The notes below the pieces were generated by a model, which had not been told where the DNA came from, made no database searches, and saw only the letters and a list, made by a program, of their open reading frames with translations. Shown piece after piece: positions 61,346 through 64,000 of a stretch of 64,000 nucleotides of DNA (position 1 is its first letter; every line of letters begins with the position of its first letter). Location of the stretch: contig NW_027362106.1 of the NCBI RefSeq assembly GCF_039654945.1, forward strand, positions 310,001-374,000. The letters run 5' to 3'. A program made the translations under genes and the position numbers. This DNA is from Dendrobates tinctorius. Taxonomy: Eukaryota.

Positions 61346-63385
61346 TAGAAAAAGGGGTCTGTCTAGGTAAATAAAAAGAAAAAACTAGAGAAGAAAAAGA
61401 GTGAATAAAAGTGAAACAGAGGAAGGGAATTATGGGATATTAGAACGGGGAGCACAAGCTCCCTAAACCAGGAAGAACGTGAAATCTCTGACCACTCAAG
61501 AAGGGGATCAAGAGTCCAGACTAATAACTCAGACTATAGGTAGGCTAAGTGCCATCTATCTAAATCACAGGGGCATCCATGCTAAGTAAATATATGCATT
61601 AAGATCCCGATACCCAGGATTCCAATTCAGAAGTTTCTCTAAAAACAATCCAGGGAGGCCAAGATGTCATATACTCTGTCTGAGTTTCTGACTATTTGAC
61701 CTATCATTTGCTCCATTCTATAAATATTAAGATCCGCAACAAATTCAGAACGTGAAGGGAACCTCTCCTGCTTCCAATATCTGGGAATCAAGCTTCTAAC
61801 AGCTGTAAGAAAATGCCCAAGAAGACCTCTCTTGAACTTGGGGACCTATATGTCACTTAAGGACAGCAAAGCTACTTTCATTGTATGTCCCGACATTGAT
61901 AGATAATCTAGTATAGAGGAGATCAAAGATTGCTAGCCACAAGTTCTTTATAGGCAGGCAATATCACCAGATGTGAGTAAATTTGCCCACCTCGTGTAAA
62001 TATCTCCAACATGTATCTGGGACCTTCAGAAATATAGAGTGCACAGCCGATGGGCATCTGTACCATCTTGTTAGAATCTTATAGCGCCTCTCCTGTGATG
62101 TCGAGCATAATGACGACCTAAAAAAGTATATAAAAGAGAATCTTTGCGCTGTCCTCAGTTGATAAGAATCTTCCCAGATCGATCTCCCACTTAGAGAAAA
62201 ATAATGGAAATTCTTGCAGATGAATTTCTCCCTCTTGAAAAAGTTTATACAACAGAGAGACAGTGTTATCTGGGGGGTTCTTGGATAAGCAAAGAGTCTC
62301 AAATGCTCTAAAGAGACTAGTTTGCTTAACCAATTTAGTTATAAAACTTTTCAATTGTTCAAAAAAGAACCAAAGAACCTATCGGTGGTTTCTCATCTAA
62401 GAAAATATCCTGTAACAACTTTATTCCTGTTCTATTCACGTAATCAACCTATAGGATGAGAGCTTCTATCTTTAATTAGATAAATCTTTTTATTTAATCC
62501 AGCTGTAAAAGACGGATTACCATATAATTAGAAGTTAAATGACAAGGGGATGAAGAAATCCCTAAATTTCAGCCTTCTCGTCTAATGAATGCCACCATGT
62601 TCCTGGTAAGGAAGGGCAATGGTACGTTGCCCTCCCCCTCCTTTCTTGGAGACCAGATGATTATTTGGGAGTCCCAACCGTTGAAGTCATTTTCTAAGTC
62701 GCCCCCTCCCCCCCCCCCATTTTTTTTTTCTTTGCCCAACCAAGAAAGCTGCATACCTGTGCCATCTTTCTAAATCTAACTCAGCTTTACGTAAGGCTAA
62801 CTTGAAATTTGCATCATATAATTGAGATATTTTAGCTGTAATTTTAACCCCCAAAGAGGTGAGAGAATCAAAGCGCCATCGAAAAGGAAACGAGGCACTC
62901 AGTTGCTCAATCATGGGTGGCTTCAGGGATATGTTTAGGATCTGACTTATGAGAATTAATCTTGAAGTTGCTTGAATGACCAAATCTATGCAGCTCTAGG
63001 AAAATATTTGGTAAACTCATGATCGGAGAGGAAATGTATAAAAGGATATCATCTGCAAAAAGTGCCAGTTTGTGTTCTTCTGATTGAAGTTTTGGACCTT
63101 TAATTGTAGGATTGGTACAAATTGTTGCTGCTAAATGTTCCATCGTTCATATGTAGAGTAAGGGTGAGAGGGGACAACCCTGCCTTGTGCCATTCCGAAT
63201 TGGAAATGCACCATTAGCTTTAATTTGTGCACTTGGTGATGTATACAAGTAAGAGATTCTACAGAGCATATTTTCTTTTAGACCCACTCCCTCCAGTGTC
63301 TGAAATATGAACTCCCAGTGTAACCTATCAAAGGCCTTCTCTGTGTCAATTGACAAGATGCACATGGGGACCCCTTCTCTGGTCG
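61346..63385 (-). mobile_element. Degraded L1-clade LINE ORF2 3' part
   Basis: SIDTEKAFDRLHW, GTRQGCPLSPLL, LFADDILL, and RRYKILTRWY..TCW..HIW. Confidence 0.88.
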
Positions 63386-64000
63386 CCCTATCAGAGATAG
63401 TCCTGTCATTTGGACAAAGAGGTTAGAGTCCACTCTCCAGTCTTCTGTGAGTTTTAGGCAATGAAGAACAGTCCTTTTAACGTCCAAAAGGTCGAGAGAG
63501 CGTTCCTTCTCGTTGCTGTAATTCTGACAGAACGTAGGCAAAACTCTCTCTTGATTCCTGTGGAAATTGGAAACCACTTTGGGAAGAAAGGCTGGATTTA
63601 AATTTTAAGACAATGTAGTCCTCTTGAATCTTTAAATATGGATGTTCTACAGACATGGCCTGGATCTCCCCTATGCATCTTGCAGTGGTTATTGCTACCA
63701 GAAAGAGGGTCTTGAACGTTACCGACCTTAGGAGGGCCTGCTCTAGTGGTTCATATGAATCCTTGTGTAGTGCACTTAGAACTAAGCTGAGATCCCAGGG
63801 TGGTATTTAGCTACGGATTGTGGGTCTCATACGCTGTGTGGCTTTTATGAACCTCACCACCCAGGGATGATTGGAGAGTGGATAATCAAAATATGATCCT
63901 AGGGCTGACACCTGTACTTTCAGCGTACTAGGCCTCAGTCCTTTGTCAAAACATGCTTGGAGGAAGTTGAGGATGTGGGGAATATTTGGACATTGGGTGA
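63386..64000 (-). mobile_element. DIRS tyrosine recombinase fragment (element D), running off the window
   Basis: GLRPSTLKVQVSAL..IAITTARCIGEIQAM..LDVKR. Confidence 0.85.

Overview
This is vertebrate genomic DNA, most likely from a frog (inferred from the repeat families). The whole window appears to lie inside a minus-strand SEC23IP (p125) gene. Five GT-AG coding exons (equivalent to exons 2-6, 1152 bp) splice into one open frame; exon 1 and exons 7 onward were not found. Almost all remaining sequence is nested transposable elements: four DIRS1-type tyrosine-recombinase retrotransposons, CR1 and L1 LINE pieces, solo LTRs, two large TTAA-flanked piggyBac-like elements, a two-gene PIF/Harbinger element with many Harbinger-type MITEs, DD34E and DD36E Tc1 elements, and mariner and piggyBac remnants. 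Four observations stand out. (1) The DIRS 5' ends share a splice architecture: a donor 20 nt before the ORF1 ATG plus a short intron in ORF1. (2) A 314-bp Penelope-like insertion carries a minimal hammerhead ribozyme in the SEC23IP sense orientation and is the only visible frame-breaking lesion in a 410-aa Harbinger transposase. (3) (TTAGGG)n-like arrays are carried as cargo by two DNA-transposon superfamilies. (4) A near-intact DD36E (Incomer-type) transposon is present. All calls were made by eye; no database searches were run.
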